Shown in pieces: positions 48,830 to 58,626 of a stretch of DNA of 61,589 bases (positions are counted from its first letter, which is position 1; each line of letters begins with the position of its first letter). Under the pieces are notes generated by a model. It was not told the DNA's origin. It saw only the letters and a list, made by a program, of their open reading frames with translations, and did not search any database. The DNA comes from an uncultured archaeon (GTDB lineage: Archaea > Iainarchaeota > Iainarchaeia > Iainarchaeales > JAAZKV01). The stretch spans positions 1-61,589 of the forward strand of contig CAZUCF010000005.1 of assembly GCA_964619405.1 (NCBI GenBank). The letters are read 5' to 3'. The translations under genes and the position numbers were made by a program.

Positions 48830-49546
48830 TTATCTTGATGCCCTCGCGATTCTTTCTACTTCGTCTCTTCTTTTTATTGCCAAGCTTTTTGTTTCTCTGT
48901 TTGCTGCTGCAATAATTTCTTCTGCTAGCGCGCTTGCTGCATCAGTTCTAGAATTAAAAGAGTTGCCAAAACCAGCTAGAGCAATATTTTTTATTGACTC
49001 ATCTAATCTTTTTAAAGGGGAAACATCTACTGCTATAGAATAAGCTACCCCTCCTTTTTTTACTCTTGTAACATCTTCTCTTGGTGCAACATTTTCTATT
49101 GCTTCAACAAGAACTTGTACTGGATTCTTTTTTGTTTTTAATTCAATAATCTCAAATGCTTTTTCAACAATATTTATTACTTGTAATTTTTTTCCGCAAC
49201 TACCTCTTCCCCTAATATATCTTCCACTCAACTTCTTTTTTCCTTGTCCTGAACGCATCATTTTGTTTATTAGTCTTTCAACAAGGTTTATATTAGTTTT
49301 ACCAAATTTAGTTTGGCTTTTTCTTCCAAATGAATGTGGGACCATTACTGGATCAAGGTTAATATAATTTACTAGGCTTAGATCTGAAACAATAACATCT
49401 TTTGTAGACCACTTATTGAACATTTTGTATTCTGAAAAAGGACTGTGTTTTTTAACAAAAACAGGTTTTTCAACTATTTCTTCTTGTTCGTATTGTGCTT
49501 TTTTTTCATCAAAATTTTTTCTAAATTTTCTATTTTGTTCAACCAT
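48830..49546 (-). CDS. rps7: 30S ribosomal protein S7
   Basis: VERL.NK.MR, NP.QVLV.AIEN..PRED.TR, AVD.SP..R.D, EEII.AA, KR.E.ER.A.ASR. Confidence 0.95.
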   Translation of the reverse strand: MVEQNRKFRKNFDEKKAQYEQEEIVEKPVFVKKHSPFSEYKMFNKWSTKDVIVSDLSLVNYINLDPVMVPHSFGRKSQTKFGKTNINLVERLINKMMRSGQGKKKLSGRYIRGRGSCGKKLQVINIVEKAFEIIELKTKKNPVQVLVEAIENVAPREDVTRVKKGGVAYSIAVDVSPLKRLDESIKNIALAGFGNSFNSRTDAASALAEEIIAAANRETKSLAIKRRDEVERIARASR

Positions 49547-49553
49547 AAAATCA

Positions 49554-49985
49554 CTATCTCTTACTCTTCTCTTTTTTTCCACTTCTAAGCATTTCTAATG
49601 CGATTCCATTAACGTGTGTTACTTGGTATTTTACGCCCCATAAATCACCCATTGAACCGCCTTGTGCTCCACCAATTCCTGATACTAGTACTTCATCGTG
49701 CTCGTCAATAAATTTTATTGCCCCGTCTTTTGGTGCTAAAGCTGTTAATTCTTTACCATTTTTTATTAATTGTACTCTAACGCATTTTCGGATTCCAGAG
49801 TTTGGTTGTTTTGCAGTTACACCTCTTTTTTCTAAAACAATTCCCTTTGCTTGTGGCGAACCCTCTAACAAGTCACCCTTGTTTCCTTCTCTTAATTTTT
49901 GTTTTTTTGCTATTCGCCTATCTTTTTTTTGCCATTTTCTTCTCTTTTTTTCAAGACTCAATGCTGCAAATTCTCCTCGACCCAT
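49554..49985 (-). CDS. rps12: 30S ribosomal protein S12
   Basis: [34 protein letters not shown]. Confidence 0.97.
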   Translation of the reverse strand: MGRGEFAALSLEKKRRKWQKKDRRIAKKQKLREGNKGDLLEGSPQAKGIVLEKRGVTAKQPNSGIRKCVRVQLIKNGKELTALAPKDGAIKFIDEHDEVLVSGIGGAQGGSMGDLWGVKYQVTHVNGIALEMLRSGKKEKSKR

Positions 49986-50051
49986 TAATACACCTTACCA
50001 ATTCATTCAAACAAAACTAATATATATGTTTTTTTTAAACATTATTTTTCT

Positions 50052-50456
50052 TTAGTTTAAAATCAACTCCAATTCATAATTCCTTTTAATTAATTCTTTT
50101 ACTATTTTAAATCTCCTACTATTCATAAAAATCTTTTTTTTGTTATCAGCATCAATACTCAATAACAACTTATCATTTTTTTTCTTTACCTCATTTATTT
50201 TAACATTAAATGTTTTTGATAGAACATCTTCTGGGTTATTATAATAACCAATGATTTCTATTTTTTTGTTTAATTTGTGCTCAAGATTTTTTACATTCTC
50301 TGCTTTTTTTCCAATTGCTTTTCCCATTTCTCTTTCTTTAACAAAAAAAGAAATAATATTGTTTCTAACAATACAATCCTTTGCACTAACTTTTGAAATT
50401 TTTTCAAAAGCGTTAATCAACAAAATATCCTCCATTGAAAATTTCATTACAATCAC
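50052..50456 (-). CDS. nusA: Archaeal NusA (KH domain)
   Basis: I..FE.I......DC, G.AIGK...NVK.L...L.K.IE; position between rpl30e and rps12. Confidence 0.9.
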   Translation of the reverse strand: MIVMKFSMEDILLINAFEKISKVSAKDCIVRNNIISFFVKEREMGKAIGKKAENVKNLEHKLNKKIEIIGYYNNPEDVLSKTFNVKINEVKKKNDKLLLSIDADNKKKIFMNSRRFKIVKELIKRNYELELILN

Positions 50457-50465
50457 AATTATAGA

Positions 50466-50789
50466 TTATTTTTTAATAATCTCTTTCTCATTTGAAAGTT
50501 CAAGCACCTTGCTTTTTCCCTTGTCAACAATCATTAACACTGAAATATTAAATGGTTTCCCACAAATATTCCCAAAATTTAAACCATTTTGATCAAAATC
50601 AAAAGTCTTTTTCCCTTCAGTTTTTGAAATGTGCATTAACCTTTCTTTTTGTTCTAAAGGAATATTACTTGAAAAAATAATTAATTCTCCATTGCCCTTT
50701 AATAATTCTTTCAAACATTGTTTTTGTCCGAAAAGAACTTTTCCTGTATCAACAGCTCTTCTGATTTCAGTGCTTGCATCTATTGCCAT
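50466..50789 (-). CDS. rpl30e: 50S ribosomal protein L30e
   Basis: EIRRAVDTGKV.FG, G..CGKPF.ISV..I.D.G.S; ATG 50789. Confidence 0.92.
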   Translation of the reverse strand: MAIDASTEIRRAVDTGKVLFGQKQCLKELLKGNGELIIFSSNIPLEQKERLMHISKTEGKKTFDFDQNGLNFGNICGKPFNISVLMIVDKGKSKVLELSNEKEIIKK

Positions 50790-50863
50790 AATATCAAACT
50801 CTTTTTTTGAGAAGTTTTTAATTTTAAAAACCCTACTCCGTTTCCAGAGGAAACTTCTCAAGG

Positions 50864-51169
50864 CTAAAATAATTTCATTATAGAAGGTTTATAAAGGTGT
50901 TCTAAATTTTCTTTTTCAAATAATCTTTTGCAATATTCTAAACCCAGTTCAGTCCAACAAAATGTGTCTGTTCTATGTTTTCTTAACAAACCAGTTTTTA
51001 TAAAAATTTCTACAATATCTTTTCCAAAATGCCTTTCATGTTTTGGCATGCGTTTTACTAAATTTACAATAGTTGCGTGTTTATTATAACTATTTCCAAG
51101 CTCTTTGTAAATTGATAAAACAGATTTTTTATATTGAGGTAAAGTCTCAAAATTTTTTAATAAAACCAT
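50864..51169 (-). CDS. Hypothetical protein, possible winged-helix fold
   Basis: 101-aa ORF ending L...GLL.......F..TE.G; fold is inferred. Confidence 0.5.
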   Translation of the reverse strand: MVLLKNFETLPQYKKSVLSIYKELGNSYNKHATIVNLVKRMPKHERHFGKDIVEIFIKTGLLRKHRTDTFCWTELGLEYCKRLFEKENLEHLYKPSIMKLF

Positions 51170-51289
51170 AAATGATTCTAATTTTTTTTGTTTTTAAACG
51201 AATTGGTGATTTTATGCCGAATTACAAAAAAAAGTAATATTACAACAAAAAAGAATATTATTAAAATCTTTTCTTATTATTATTTTTTT

Positions 51290-51541
51290 ATGCTTAAAAC
51301 AAAACAAATAACTGTTTCAGACGCTATTGAAAATGAATTAGAAAAAATGCCTAAATGGCAAGTTTTAATGTTCTTACAAAAAAATGGTTCTACTTCTGTC
51401 TATTCTCTTTCAAAAGAACTTAATTGGGCTACTAGTAAAGCACACTCAGTAGTAAACCAATTAGAAAAATCTAATGCAATAAAATCAAAAATAGATTTAA
51501 TTAATGGCCGAGCTGTAAAAATTGTTTCGCTTGTAAAATAA
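51290..51541 (+). CDS. Small winged helix-turn-helix protein
   Basis: VL.FL.KNG..SVY.LSKELNW..S..H..V.QLEK...I; ATG 51290. Confidence 0.7.
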   Translation: MLKTKQITVSDAIENELEKMPKWQVLMFLQKNGSTSVYSLSKELNWATSKAHSVVNQLEKSNAIKSKIDLINGRAVKIVSLVK

Positions 51542-51616
51542 TTTTTTTAAAAAATTTTTTTTCCTCGGTACGATACTTGTGAAATGTTTATAAGGAATTA
51601 TTCTGTTAACGTTATT

Positions 51617-52630
51617 ATGGTTAAAGATATTGTTGTTAGGAATTCTACAATAGATTTCTTAATTTTTACAAAAGATTCTGGCGAAAACATTGAAGCCAAG
51701 TTTTTTGATGATAATGTTTGGTTAACACAAAAATTAATTGCTAAGCTCTTTGATGTAGATAGAAGTGTAATAACAAAGCATTTAACAAATATTTTTGAAG
51801 AGCAAGAATTGAATAGTAATTCAGTTAGTGCAAAATTTGCACACACTGCTGCAGATGGCAAAAAATATAATACATTTTTTTATAATTTAGACGCGATTAT
51901 CTCGGTTGGTTATAGAGTAAATTCCAAGAGGGCAACGGATTTTAGAATTTGGGCAACAAGAGTACTAAAACAATTTGCGATTAAGGGTTATGTGTTGGAT
52001 AGAAAGCGATTAGAAAACGGTTCTTTTTTAAATAAAAATTATTTTGATGAATTGTTATCTGAGATAAGAGAAATTCGTTTGAGTGAAAGAAATTTTTATC
52101 AAAAAATAACTGATATTTATTCAACTAGTATTGATTATGATAAAGAAGCAAAGATAACAAGAGATTTTTTTGCGAAAGTACAAAATAAATTACATTATGC
52201 GATACATGGACACACTGCTCCTGAACTAATTGCAAAACGCGCTAATGCAAAAAAACAAAATATGGGTTTGACTTCTTGGAAGAATTCTCCACAAGGAAAA
52301 ATAATCAAAACGGATGTTTCAATTGCCAAAAATTATTTAACAAAAACAGAATTAGAATCATTTGGAAGAATAGTTAGTGCTTATCTTGATTTAGCTGAAG
52401 AAAGAGCAAAAAGAAAAATTCCAATGACTATGGAAGATTGGGCAAAAAGATTAGACAAGTTTTTAGAATTTGATGAAAGAAAAATTTTGGTTAATGCTGG
52501 TGAAATAAATTCAAAAAAAGCTAGAGAAATTGCGGAAAAAGAGTTTGAGAAATATCGTTTAATTCAAGATAAGTTATTTGAATCAGATTTTGATAAACTA
52601 TTCAAAAAAACAAAGAAATTGGAAAAATGA
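51617..52630 (+). CDS. RhuM-family (virulence RhuM / COG3943-like) protein
   Basis: VWLTQK.IA.LFDV.RS.ITKHL.NIF, YNLDAIISVGYRVNS.RAT.FR.WA, SERNFYQKITDIY.TS.DY, VQNKLHYAIHGHTA.ELI. Confidence 0.9.
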   Translation: MVKDIVVRNSTIDFLIFTKDSGENIEAKFFDDNVWLTQKLIAKLFDVDRSVITKHLTNIFEEQELNSNSVSAKFAHTAADGKKYNTFFYNLDAIISVGYRVNSKRATDFRIWATRVLKQFAIKGYVLDRKRLENGSFLNKNYFDELLSEIREIRLSERNFYQKITDIYSTSIDYDKEAKITRDFFAKVQNKLHYAIHGHTAPELIAKRANAKKQNMGLTSWKNSPQGKIIKTDVSIAKNYLTKTELESFGRIVSAYLDLAEERAKRKIPMTMEDWAKRLDKFLEFDERKILVNAGEINSKKAREIAEKEFEKYRLIQDKLFESDFDKLFKKTKKLEK

Positions 52631-52692
52631 TTAATTTCATTAGTAATTGCCAGTTTTCGTCTAGGTGAACGAGTTAGGGTACTTGCAGTACC

Positions 52693-53964
52693 CTATTTCA
52701 TTAATAGTTCAACGATTCCTGTTCCTACTTTGATTGGTTGGCCTGCTATTAAATTTTCTACTACGCCTGTTAATTGTTCTTCTTCGCCTTTGAATGCCGC
52801 ATCCAACAAGTGTTTTGTTGTTTCTTCGAATGCTGCTCTTGCGAATGGTGATGCTTTTAATTTGTTTATTCCTGTTCTAACAATCCCTTTTATTTCTCCT
52901 GAATAAGTCATTAAGTCTGCTAGTAACATTATGTGTCTTACATCAACAGCTATTCCATTGTCATCTAAAACTTTTTTTAGTTCTTGCACTGCTAATTGTC
53001 TTGCAGCTTCTATTCCAAGTATTTTTGATGTTTCAATTATATCGTTTGTAAATATTTTTGTTTGGTCAACATCTTCTAATTTTAACACTGCTTTTAAATT
53101 ACTTCCAGATGTTTTTATTATATATTCATCGCCTTCTTTTGTTAGCAATGTTTTTTCAATGCCTTTAATACCGTGTACTTTTTCTTTTAATAATGTTAGT
53201 AATTCTTTTCTTACTTTTAAATAATCTCCTTTCTTTTCGATTTGTAAGTGTATTGTGTTCTCTATTTGTCTTGATTTCAAATCCTTTAAACCATTTTTTA
53301 TTACTTCTGACACATCTTCCATTGCCAAATTCAAATCTTTAACTTTGTTTTTGTCTATTTCTATTGAGAATTTTAATTCTTCAAATTTTTCGCTTAGTGT
53401 TGTTATGTCTTTTACTCTTACATCAATCAAACTTTTAGCAAATTTTTCTGCTTTACTCTTATCTTTTTTTATTTCATCATTTAAATAAATAGTCATTGTT
53501 GGGTACTTTGCTTTGTTTCTACCATCAACTATTTCTTCTACTCTTTGTATTCCTGAGCCAACAGATACTTCTGCTGAACCAGCAAAGTGTTTTGTTCTTA
53601 ATGTTAATTGTGTTCCGGGTTCTCCTAATGATTGTGCAGCAATTATTCCTACTGCTTCTCCTGGTTCAACTAAACAATTATCATATTTTTCTTTTACTTT
53701 ATCAGCTAGTTTGTCTGCTTGTTCTTTTGTTAATTTGAATACTTCTGACACAGCAACTATTTCTTCTAACAATTTTTTTGTTAGGGGTACTTGTTCCCAA
53801 CTTCTTTCTTCGTCCTCATAAACTTTTTTAATATTTTTTTTGCTTGTTTTATCTTCAATATCAGTTTCTTCTTCGTCTTCTTCTGGAGTAACAACATCAA
53901 TTTCTTCTTCTATATCATCTTCCACAATTTCTTTTTCTTCTAAATCAATCATTTCATCAGTCAT
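52693..53964 (-). CDS. rpoA2: RNA polymerase subunit Rpo1C (A'') with acidic N-terminal extension
   Basis: PGEAVG.IAAQS.GEPGTQ.TL.T.HFAG, D.RH..L.AD.MT, ARAAFE.T, ENLI.GQP...GTG. Confidence 0.97.
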   Translation of the reverse strand: MTDEMIDLEEKEIVEDDIEEEIDVVTPEEDEEETDIEDKTSKKNIKKVYEDEERSWEQVPLTKKLLEEIVAVSEVFKLTKEQADKLADKVKEKYDNCLVEPGEAVGIIAAQSLGEPGTQLTLRTKHFAGSAEVSVGSGIQRVEEIVDGRNKAKYPTMTIYLNDEIKKDKSKAEKFAKSLIDVRVKDITTLSEKFEELKFSIEIDKNKVKDLNLAMEDVSEVIKNGLKDLKSRQIENTIHLQIEKKGDYLKVRKELLTLLKEKVHGIKGIEKTLLTKEGDEYIIKTSGSNLKAVLKLEDVDQTKIFTNDIIETSKILGIEAARQLAVQELKKVLDDNGIAVDVRHIMLLADLMTYSGEIKGIVRTGINKLKASPFARAAFEETTKHLLDAAFKGEEEQLTGVVENLIAGQPIKVGTGIVELLMK

Positions 53965-53972
53965 TTACTCAC

Positions 53973-56573
53973 CTATAATAATTTATTTTTCTTCATTTCT
54001 TCGTACTCTTCTTTTACATTTACTGATACTCCGTTCTTAGTGTTTTTTGGGAATACTCCGTCTTCTCCATAAGAATATTGTACTAGTGCGTTTGAAGCGG
54101 TTCTTACTGTTCCATCAGGTGTTGCAACCAAATCTTTTAATGCGTTTGATAGTCTCCTATACAAGTATCCTGATACTTTTGTTGATACTCCTGTGTCCAC
54201 TTCTCCTTGTCTTCCACCCATTGAGTGGTAAAAATATTCTTTTGCTGTTAAACCGTCAAGGAAATTGTTTTCAATAAAACCACCTGCTTCTAAACCAACA
54301 TCTTCTAATTTGTTGGTTGTTATCAGTCTTTTTGTAAAACCTTTTTTGGGTCGTCCTTCTCTTACTGATGCTTGGCCCCAAAAACCAGCAATATTCATTA
54401 GGTTAATAGTACTTCCTCTTGATTTTGATAGTATCATTGAAATTGTGTTTAACACTGGTTTTTCTCTTGTAACATAATCTAATTTTTCTTTTGTTACTTC
54501 TTTCTCTACTTTTGATTTTGTTTCAAAAGCTAGTCTAACCATGTATTGTTCGAATGATTGTTCTAAAGTTCTTCCTGGAATAATTTCCATTGTTCCTTTT
54601 TCAAATGCTTGTACTATTGCTTCTCCTTTTTCAAAAGCATCGCTTATAGCTTTCTTTTTCATTTTTTTTACTTCGTCGCTTGTCTTGTACTCTTCGAGTG
54701 AAACAGTCATTCCTTTTTGTGTTAGAATAAAACTTGTTATTCTGTTTAATCCGTGATAAAATTTTTCAATTGTTTCGCTTGAGTATTCCCTCGCAATTTT
54801 GTCAACTAGTTTTCCTCTTCCAACGCTCACAGCGCTAGCATCAATTATACCGCTTTTTAAAAAACCATTTTCTATTACAACTTTTTCACCCAAACTATTT
54901 TCAACACCAATTTCCCTCAATACTTTTCCAGTGTATGATTCAAATTCCATGCTCAAATCTTTTGGTAGTATTTGAGAAAAAATTAGTCTCCCAGAATATT
55001 TTTTGCCTCTATCTGGTTTAGGTAATTCTTCTATTCCTATATCAAATAATAATTGCATTGTTTGTGTTTTATCAAATTCTGTTTGTGGTAATGTTAGAGC
55101 AAATAATCCTGATACCCCATCTTCTCCTGGAGCGATTACTGGTGCGCCAAATCTTGGAGAAATTATTTGGTCTCTTGTAAGCATTAACCTTTTTGCTTCT
55201 GCTTTTCCTTCTTCTGTTTGAGGAACATGGCAATTCATTTCATCACCATCAAAATCTGCGTTGTAAGGAGGACAAACAATTGGATTAATTCTAAAAACTT
55301 TTCCAGGCATTATTCTTGCGGTGTGAGCCATCATGCTCATTCTATGCAAAGAAGGTTGTCTGTTAAATAATACTATGTCACCATCTTGCAAGTTTCTCTC
55401 AATTCTGTAACCAACATCAAGTTCAGCAATTATTTCTTCTTTGTTATCCTCAGCAACTTTTCTTCTAGAACCATTAGGCCTAATTATGTATACTGGTTTG
55501 TCTGATTCTTTTATTTGTTTTTTTACTGTTGCTAGATTCCATTCTGTTACAAATTCTGGCACAGTTAATTCTTTTGCAGCTTCTTCTGGTACTCCTAACT
55601 CTGAAATATCTATGTATGGGTCAGGGACAACTGTTGATCTTGCCGCGTGGTTAACTCTTTTCCCTGTTAAATTGTATCTGAATCTTCCTTTTTTTCCTTT
55701 TAATCTTTGTATTATTGTTCTTAATGGTCGCCCACTCCTATGCTTTGCTGGTGGTACTCCTGCAGTATTATTATCAAAGTAAGTTGTTACATGGTATTGT
55801 AGTAAATCCCATAAATCCTCAATTATTAATTGTGGTGCTCCGGCCTCAATATTATCTTTTAACCTATTATTTATTCTAACAATGTCAACTAACTTGTGTG
55901 TTAAATCATCCTCACTTTTTATTCCGCCTTCAAGAGAAATACTTGGTCTAATCGTTATTGGGGGTATTTGTAGTACTGTTGTTACAAACCACTCTGGTCT
56001 TATTCTTGTAACATCGTAACCCATTAGCCTTAATTGTGTTTCAGGAATTTTTTCAACCCACTCTCTTATTTGAGTTGGGTAAATTCTTTCCTTGTTATAA
56101 TAAAAATTAGTTGGCTTGTCTAACTGTACTTTTCCAACGCTCGCATTACAATGAGGGCATTTCTTCATTGTTTTTGCTTTAAACATTATTCTCTTTGACA
56201 AATCCTTTATTCTTCCTTTTGTTTCTTCTTCATATTTTTTTATTTGTTCTTCGCTCAATAATAATTCTCCGCACTCTTTACAAGTATTAATTAGTAATAA
56301 TTCTATTCTCCTACCAAACTCAGAGTGTATTATTGGTCGCTCTAATTCCAAGTGCCCAAAGTGTCCTGGACAATCCCTCATTGTTTGCCCACAAGTCTTA
56401 CATCTTATTCCAGGATTAATTACTCCTAAGTGAGAGTCCATTAAGCCTCCTTCCATTGGAAAACCATCTTTGTCATAAGTTTCAGGAGTTTTTATTTCAA
56501 CAGCACTCATCTTTCTAATCATCTCAGGGCCTAATATAGAGAATTCTATTCCACCAATTTTTTTCATTATCAT
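53973..56573 (-). CDS. rpoA1: RNA polymerase subunit Rpo1N (A')
   Basis: CPGHFGH, RL.GK.GRFR.NL.GKRV, FNRQPSLH, YNADFDGDEMN catalytic motif, GGRQG..DT.V.T..SGY. Confidence 0.98.
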   Translation of the reverse strand: MIMKKIGGIEFSILGPEMIRKMSAVEIKTPETYDKDGFPMEGGLMDSHLGVINPGIRCKTCGQTMRDCPGHFGHLELERPIIHSEFGRRIELLLINTCKECGELLLSEEQIKKYEEETKGRIKDLSKRIMFKAKTMKKCPHCNASVGKVQLDKPTNFYYNKERIYPTQIREWVEKIPETQLRLMGYDVTRIRPEWFVTTVLQIPPITIRPSISLEGGIKSEDDLTHKLVDIVRINNRLKDNIEAGAPQLIIEDLWDLLQYHVTTYFDNNTAGVPPAKHRSGRPLRTIIQRLKGKKGRFRYNLTGKRVNHAARSTVVPDPYIDISELGVPEEAAKELTVPEFVTEWNLATVKKQIKESDKPVYIIRPNGSRRKVAEDNKEEIIAELDVGYRIERNLQDGDIVLFNRQPSLHRMSMMAHTARIMPGKVFRINPIVCPPYNADFDGDEMNCHVPQTEEGKAEAKRLMLTRDQIISPRFGAPVIAPGEDGVSGLFALTLPQTEFDKTQTMQLLFDIGIEELPKPDRGKKYSGRLIFSQILPKDLSMEFESYTGKVLREIGVENSLGEKVVIENGFLKSGIIDASAVSVGRGKLVDKIAREYSSETIEKFYHGLNRITSFILTQKGMTVSLEEYKTSDEVKKMKKKAISDAFEKGEAIVQAFEKGTMEIIPGRTLEQSFEQYMVRLAFETKSKVEKEVTKEKLDYVTREKPVLNTISMILSKSRGSTINLMNIAGFWGQASVREGRPKKGFTKRLITTNKLEDVGLEAGGFIENNFLDGLTAKEYFYHSMGGRQGEVDTGVSTKVSGYLYRRLSNALKDLVATPDGTVRTASNALVQYSYGEDGVFPKNTKNGVSVNVKEEYEEMKKNKLL

Positions 56574-56671
56574 AACTGATCACCTCGCCTGCAAAATCAG
56601 GCGGCACTTTTGGGCACCGTTAGTAGCCCTTAGTTTTTGCCTCCAAATTTTTTTGTACTCATTTTTTTCAC

Positions 56672-58486
56672 CTATACTTTGTCAACCAATTTTATTTTTG
56701 TGAGTATTCCTAGTGCTTTCAATTCTTCTAACAATAATTTGAAACCATAACTCATTTCAACAGGGTACATTCTTCCGCCCTTGCTTCCCAAAGCAACATT
56801 CTTTTTTCTTATTTCATCCCTGTATCCTATCAAACCTGTTTCTTCATCAACAAGTGCAACGAATTTATCTGAATCCTCAATCATTTTTTCATGGAGTAAC
56901 ATTGCTGCTCCGTGTCCAACAAGTGTTTCGCCCTCCATTTCTCCAAACCTTAAACCACCTTCTTTTTCTTTTCCTTCGGTTGGTTGTCTTGTAAGCATTT
57001 GTACTGGGCCCCTTGCTCTTGCTTGTATCTTGTGTGTTACAACGTGGTACAATTTTTGGTAAGGAATTACTCCAGTAAAAATTGCTCCTTCTAATCTTTT
57101 TCCTGTTACACCATCATAAAAAATTTCCATTCCATCATTTCTGAAACCCTTGTCTTCCAACATTTTTTCTAAAACACTTTGCTTTGTTGAATTGAATGGA
57201 GTGCCATCAATAATTTTTCCGTTTGCTGCACCAGCTTTCCCACCAATCATTTCTAATAAATGTCCCATAGTCATTCTTGAGGGAATAGAATGTGGGTTCA
57301 AAATTAAATCTGGTTTTATTCCGTCAATAGTAAAAGGCATGTCTTCTTCTGGAACAATATAACTAACAACACCTTTTTGTCCGTGCCTTGAAGCTAGTTT
57401 GTCTCCAACAGCTGGTTTTAATGTTGTCCTAACCTTTACTTTTACTAGCCTACTACCATCTGGGCCCTCTGTTATTAGTATTGTGTCAACAAAACCATCT
57501 TTTCTTTTTCTAACTATTACTGATGAATCAATTCTTTTTTCTTGTTCTACCCCAAAATCATTCATTTCTTCAAAAAATTTTGGTGGACTAGTCCTACCAA
57601 TAATAGCTTCTCCTTCATGAACCTCTTGTTCCAAATTAATTATTCCGTCTACTCCTAATTTAGAATATTTTTGTTCTTCAATAAAACCAACTTTTTCTTC
57701 TGTTGGTGCTTCAAACTTGTCTCTTTGCCCACCAGGGTACCTTTGTTCTATTGCCTCGTAACCCCTAAAATAACAACCCCTTGCTAGTCCCCTGTCAACT
57801 GCTCCTTGATTTAGTATTACAGCGTCCATTGTGTTGAAACCATAGTAAGGCATTATTGCTACTACAAAGTTTTGTACTTGTGGTCTCTCATCCATTCCAA
57901 GGACATCCATTGTCTTTGTTTTCACAATATTTTTTTCAGGATAATAAAGCATGTATCCTTCAGTATCATGTCTTAACTTAAAATTTGATGAACCAAATCC
58001 AATTGATTGTTTAAACATTTTGTCTCCGTGCAAAGCTTTTCCAGCCATGTCGTGTTCAATGTATGGTACCATGCTTGAGATAACACTTAGTATTGCTGAA
58101 CCATCTATCTCTAAGTGAGTGTGTTCTTTTGTTATCTCATTTTCTTTTTGTGCAACAAAAGTATTTTCTTCTTCTTCAGAATCAAGGTACTCTATAACAC
58201 CCATTTCAACTAGTTTGTTAAAATTTATTTCTCCGTTAGAAACCTTTTCTTGTAATTCGTGAGTGTAAGCACTCTTACCATTTTTTACAACTATTAATGG
58301 TCTTTGTAATCTTCCAGCATCAGTATTAATATAAACTTCGTTAGTGTCCTTGTGCAAAGCGATATTAGTTTCTTTTGGTAGTGCACCATCTCTTCTCGCA
58401 TTAATAGCAATTTTTGTTAGTTCTTCAGCGTTCTCGTGGAAACCAATTAACCTACCATTAATATATACTTTTGCTACATTAGCCAT
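56672..58486 (-). CDS. rpoB1: RNA polymerase subunit Rpo2C (B')
   Basis: INTDAGRLQRPL, GDKLASRHGQKG, LNPHSIPSRMT, RARGP...LTRQPTEG....GGLRFGEME. Confidence 0.98.
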   Translation of the reverse strand: MANVAKVYINGRLIGFHENAEELTKIAINARRDGALPKETNIALHKDTNEVYINTDAGRLQRPLIVVKNGKSAYTHELQEKVSNGEINFNKLVEMGVIEYLDSEEEENTFVAQKENEITKEHTHLEIDGSAILSVISSMVPYIEHDMAGKALHGDKMFKQSIGFGSSNFKLRHDTEGYMLYYPEKNIVKTKTMDVLGMDERPQVQNFVVAIMPYYGFNTMDAVILNQGAVDRGLARGCYFRGYEAIEQRYPGGQRDKFEAPTEEKVGFIEEQKYSKLGVDGIINLEQEVHEGEAIIGRTSPPKFFEEMNDFGVEQEKRIDSSVIVRKRKDGFVDTILITEGPDGSRLVKVKVRTTLKPAVGDKLASRHGQKGVVSYIVPEEDMPFTIDGIKPDLILNPHSIPSRMTMGHLLEMIGGKAGAANGKIIDGTPFNSTKQSVLEKMLEDKGFRNDGMEIFYDGVTGKRLEGAIFTGVIPYQKLYHVVTHKIQARARGPVQMLTRQPTEGKEKEGGLRFGEMEGETLVGHGAAMLLHEKMIEDSDKFVALVDEETGLIGYRDEIRKKNVALGSKGGRMYPVEMSYGFKLLLEELKALGILTKIKLVDKV

Positions 58487-58514
58487 TCAACAACACCTAT
58501 AATTTTTTAACTTT

Positions 58515-58626
58515 ATTTACAATTTCTTTAATCTTACTCCTTGTCCTGTTTCGCCATGACCAGACGAAGCACTATCTGCGCTTCGCTTGATAGAGCGATT
58601 TACAATTTCTTTAATCTTACTCCTTG
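58515..58626. repeat. 29-bp direct duplication of the rpoB'' 3' end flanking a 54-bp GC-rich structured insert
   Basis: ATTTACAATTTCTTTAATCTTACTCCTTG at 58515-58543 and 58598-58626. Confidence 0.9.

Noticed and set aside
50790-50861. N-terminal extensions given by the ORF track for rpl30e (also kae1, rpoD, rps7, DUF106, APC permease)
   Set aside because: Downstream starts with RBS or promoter support fit family lengths; the extra residues come from the longest-ORF rule.
58515-58626. CRISPR array reading of the repeat-spacer-repeat units
   Set aside because: Each repeat has only two copies, differs between loci, is identical to coding gene ends, and no cas genes or leader are present.
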